In this document: positions 61,510 to 64,000 of the stretch, in pieces
Numbering within the stretch: position 1 is the stretch's first letter
Layout: every line of letters begins with the position of its first letter
Assembly (NCBI GenBank): GCA_951406725.2
Contig: OX597827.1
Coordinates: 9,052,001-9,116,000, forward strand
Length of the DNA stretch: 64,000 bases
Direction: 5' to 3'
Origin: Octopus vulgaris
Lineage: Eukaryota
Program-made: the position numbers and the translations under genes
Notes under the pieces: model-generated
Seen by the model: the letters and a program-made list of their open reading frames with translations, nothing else
Told to the model about the DNA's origin: nothing
Databases searched by the model: none

Positions 61510-61722
61510 TGTGCCTCGTCTGGCACCTGTGTCGGTGGCACATAAAAAGCACCCAGTACACTCACGGAGTGGTTGGCGTTAGGAAGTGCATCCAGCTGTA
61601 GAAACACTGCCAGATCTGACTGGCCTGGTGCAGCCTTCGGGCTCCCCAGACCCCAGTTGAACCGTCCAACCCATGCTAGCATGGAAAGCGGACGTTAAAC
61701 GATGATGATGATGATGATGATG
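61510..61722 (+). mobile_element. SINE family D
   Basis: Same core and tail. Confidence 0.8.
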
Positions 61723-62408
61723 TTCCATGCCAGCATGGGTTGGGCAATCTTATAGGATCTGATGGGTCCAAGGACTGCTCCGTGCAGCAGTGTCTGTTTT
61801 TGCATGACTTCAGTGGTCTGACACCCTTCCAAATGCCAGCTACTTTACAATGTGTGCTGGGTGCTTTTCTCATGGAAAACAATTTTCTATTTTTTTCTTT
61901 GATAAAAGCATCTGCCTAATAAAACATGACCTGTTGTCTTTTCCTGATGGCATTAAAATTTATTCCATTGTTTAAACTACTTGCATTACAATATGCAAAT
62001 GCAGATAACAACTAGATTCTTTGGATTCTATTATTATTATATTATTTTGTAAAACCAATAATAGCAATTCTGATAGAAAATTAATTTTTTACTTATAATG
62101 TTCCTCTATACTGAGCACAGATACTTCTTTGGTTAGCGTTCTGAGTAATGTTCTTTTTAAGATTTCAATATTGCAGCCTAATGCTTTTACACATTTCATT
62201 GTTTCAAAACTGCATCTATATTAAGAACCAAACTGTCTGCATTCAGATATTTCTGTAGACATCAAGTTTCATTATATATTTTGGAACACTAAAAGTTCCA
62301 AAATGTGTTTGTATCAAGTTGAAGAATGAGAATATAACCACAGGAAATGGTTATTTCATGCAACGATGTCTTCAAAACTTTGTAGCTTGAATTGTTAGAA
62401 CATTTTAA

Positions 62409-62628
62409 CCCTTTCGTTACCAACCCGGCTGAAACTGGCTCTGACTCTGAGTATAAATGTCTTGTTTTCATAAGTTCTGAATTAAAATCTTCCTCCAAAC
62501 CTTAGTCACAATTTATGTTCCTAACACTAGCTGAATGATAACCAAGTCATTTTACTAAATTCTTTGTTATATTTAAAGTAATAGAAAGAAACACAGAGCA
62601 TCTCAAAATAAATACAGTAATGAAAGGG
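62409..62628. mobile_element. piggyBac-like MITE
   Basis: TTAA|CCCTTTCGTTAC...GTAATGAAAGGG|TTAA: TIRs plus TTAA TSD. Confidence 0.85.
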
Positions 62629-62679
62629 TTAAACGCACCAAAAACATAGGACCAAAGTACAATATATATATACCTTTTT

Positions 62680-63141
62680 TTTACTTGTTTAGATCATTAG
62701 ACTAAGGCCATGCTGGGGCACCACCTTGAAGAATTTTTAGTTGAATGTATCGACTCCAGTACTTATTTTTTTAAAGCTTCGTACTTATTCTATCAATCTC
62801 TTTTGCCAAACCACTATGTTACGACGATGTAAACACACCAGCACCAATAGTCAAGCAGTGGTGAATGGACAAACACAAACACACACACAAGCACATATAT
62901 ATATACACGACAGGCTTCTTTCAGTTTCCTTCTACCAAATCCACTCATAAGGCTTTGGTTGGCTCAGCTATGGCCATGCTGGAGGTAATACCTTGAAAGG
63001 TTTTGTTGAAGAAACCAATCACAAGTATTTAATTTTTCAAGTCTGGAACTTGAAAAATAAATGCTTGCTGAACCACTAAGTTACAGAGGTGTAAACAAAC
63101 CAACACCAGTTGTCAATCAGTTGTGAGGGACAAACACAAAG

Positions 63142-63193
<52 letters not shown>

Positions 63194-63328
63194 GTACATA
63201 ATGGGCTTCCAAACAGTTTCTATTTTCCAAATCCACTCACAAGGCATTGGTCAGCCAACAGTGAGACTGAACCTGTAACCATATGGTTGCAAAACAGGCT
63301 TGTTAACCACACAGCCATGCCTATGCCC
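62680..63328 (-). mobile_element. Two decayed SINE family A copies in tandem
   Basis: Degenerate ttacttgttt..ggccatgctgg..aaatccactcac blocks repeated twice. Confidence 0.6.
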
Positions 63329-64000
63329 GTTATACACTATTATAAAAGAATATATAAGTGCAGTAGACTAGCAGAATCATTGGAAAAATTGCTGTACATC
63401 ATATCCCTCAGTGTCATTAAAATTGAATAATATATGCCAGTCTAGAACTATGGTAGATATAATCAATTAAACACCCACTTGTTGCAATACTTTGACCTTA
63501 TATCTATATTAAAAAGAGTAAAGACACCCTTCAGTCATGAATGACCATAGTATTGAACCTAGAAAGTTACCCTCTGAGGCACAAGTCTGGGCAAGGCTGT
63601 TTATAGAAGACCAGAAATCACCGATGCATACCAGCCTCCCCTTTCCACGCCACTGATGTTATCCAAGGGAAAGGCAAAGGGGCCGATACAGCTTAGCACC
63701 TGTGATGTCGCAACTCATTTCTACAGCTGAGTTAACTGGAGCAACAGGAAATAAAGTGTCTTGCTCAAGATCACAACACACATCCCGGTTGAGGAATTGA
63801 ACTCACTACTTGATGATTGTGAGCCTGATGTCCTAACCACTGAGCCATGCACCTTTACATATCTCTTTGGGACAATTATTAAAAAATGTATAACCTGTTT
63901 TCATGGAAAAAAAATATGATATATATACACATATATATATATATATATATATATACGTACCTGCTTGATCTTTAGGGTGTTGTTTGTCTTCCTTGTTACA

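Overview
AT-rich eukaryotic genomic DNA dense in microsatellites and SINEs, most likely an octopus (coleoid cephalopod) locus. That assignment is inferred from the protocadherin type and the repeat families. The only convincing protein-coding content is on the minus strand. (1) One 2.3-kb exon (19218-21539) encodes a signal peptide, six cadherin repeats, a TM helix and the start of the cytoplasmic tail of a protocadherin, and ends in an open phase-0 splice donor. (2) A separate terminal coding exon (34611-34888) carries a protocadherin-like C-terminal tail (WELPTRNSF..KPLPALPS). It lies upstream of exon (1) on the same strand, so it should belong to the preceding gene of a head-to-tail cluster. 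A candidate promoter and non-coding first exon at about 31.05-31.3 kb sits between them. I could not find the middle or tail exons of the first gene, or the ectodomain and middle exons of the second, in this window. The rest comprises four or more SINE families (often nested, with TSDs), decayed RTE LINE fragments, hAT and piggyBac-like MITEs, Penelope-like hammerhead-like motifs, several long fold-back hairpins, a young 196-bp chimeric tandem array and very long simple repeats. Almost all other ORFs in the track are microsatellite or SINE artefacts.
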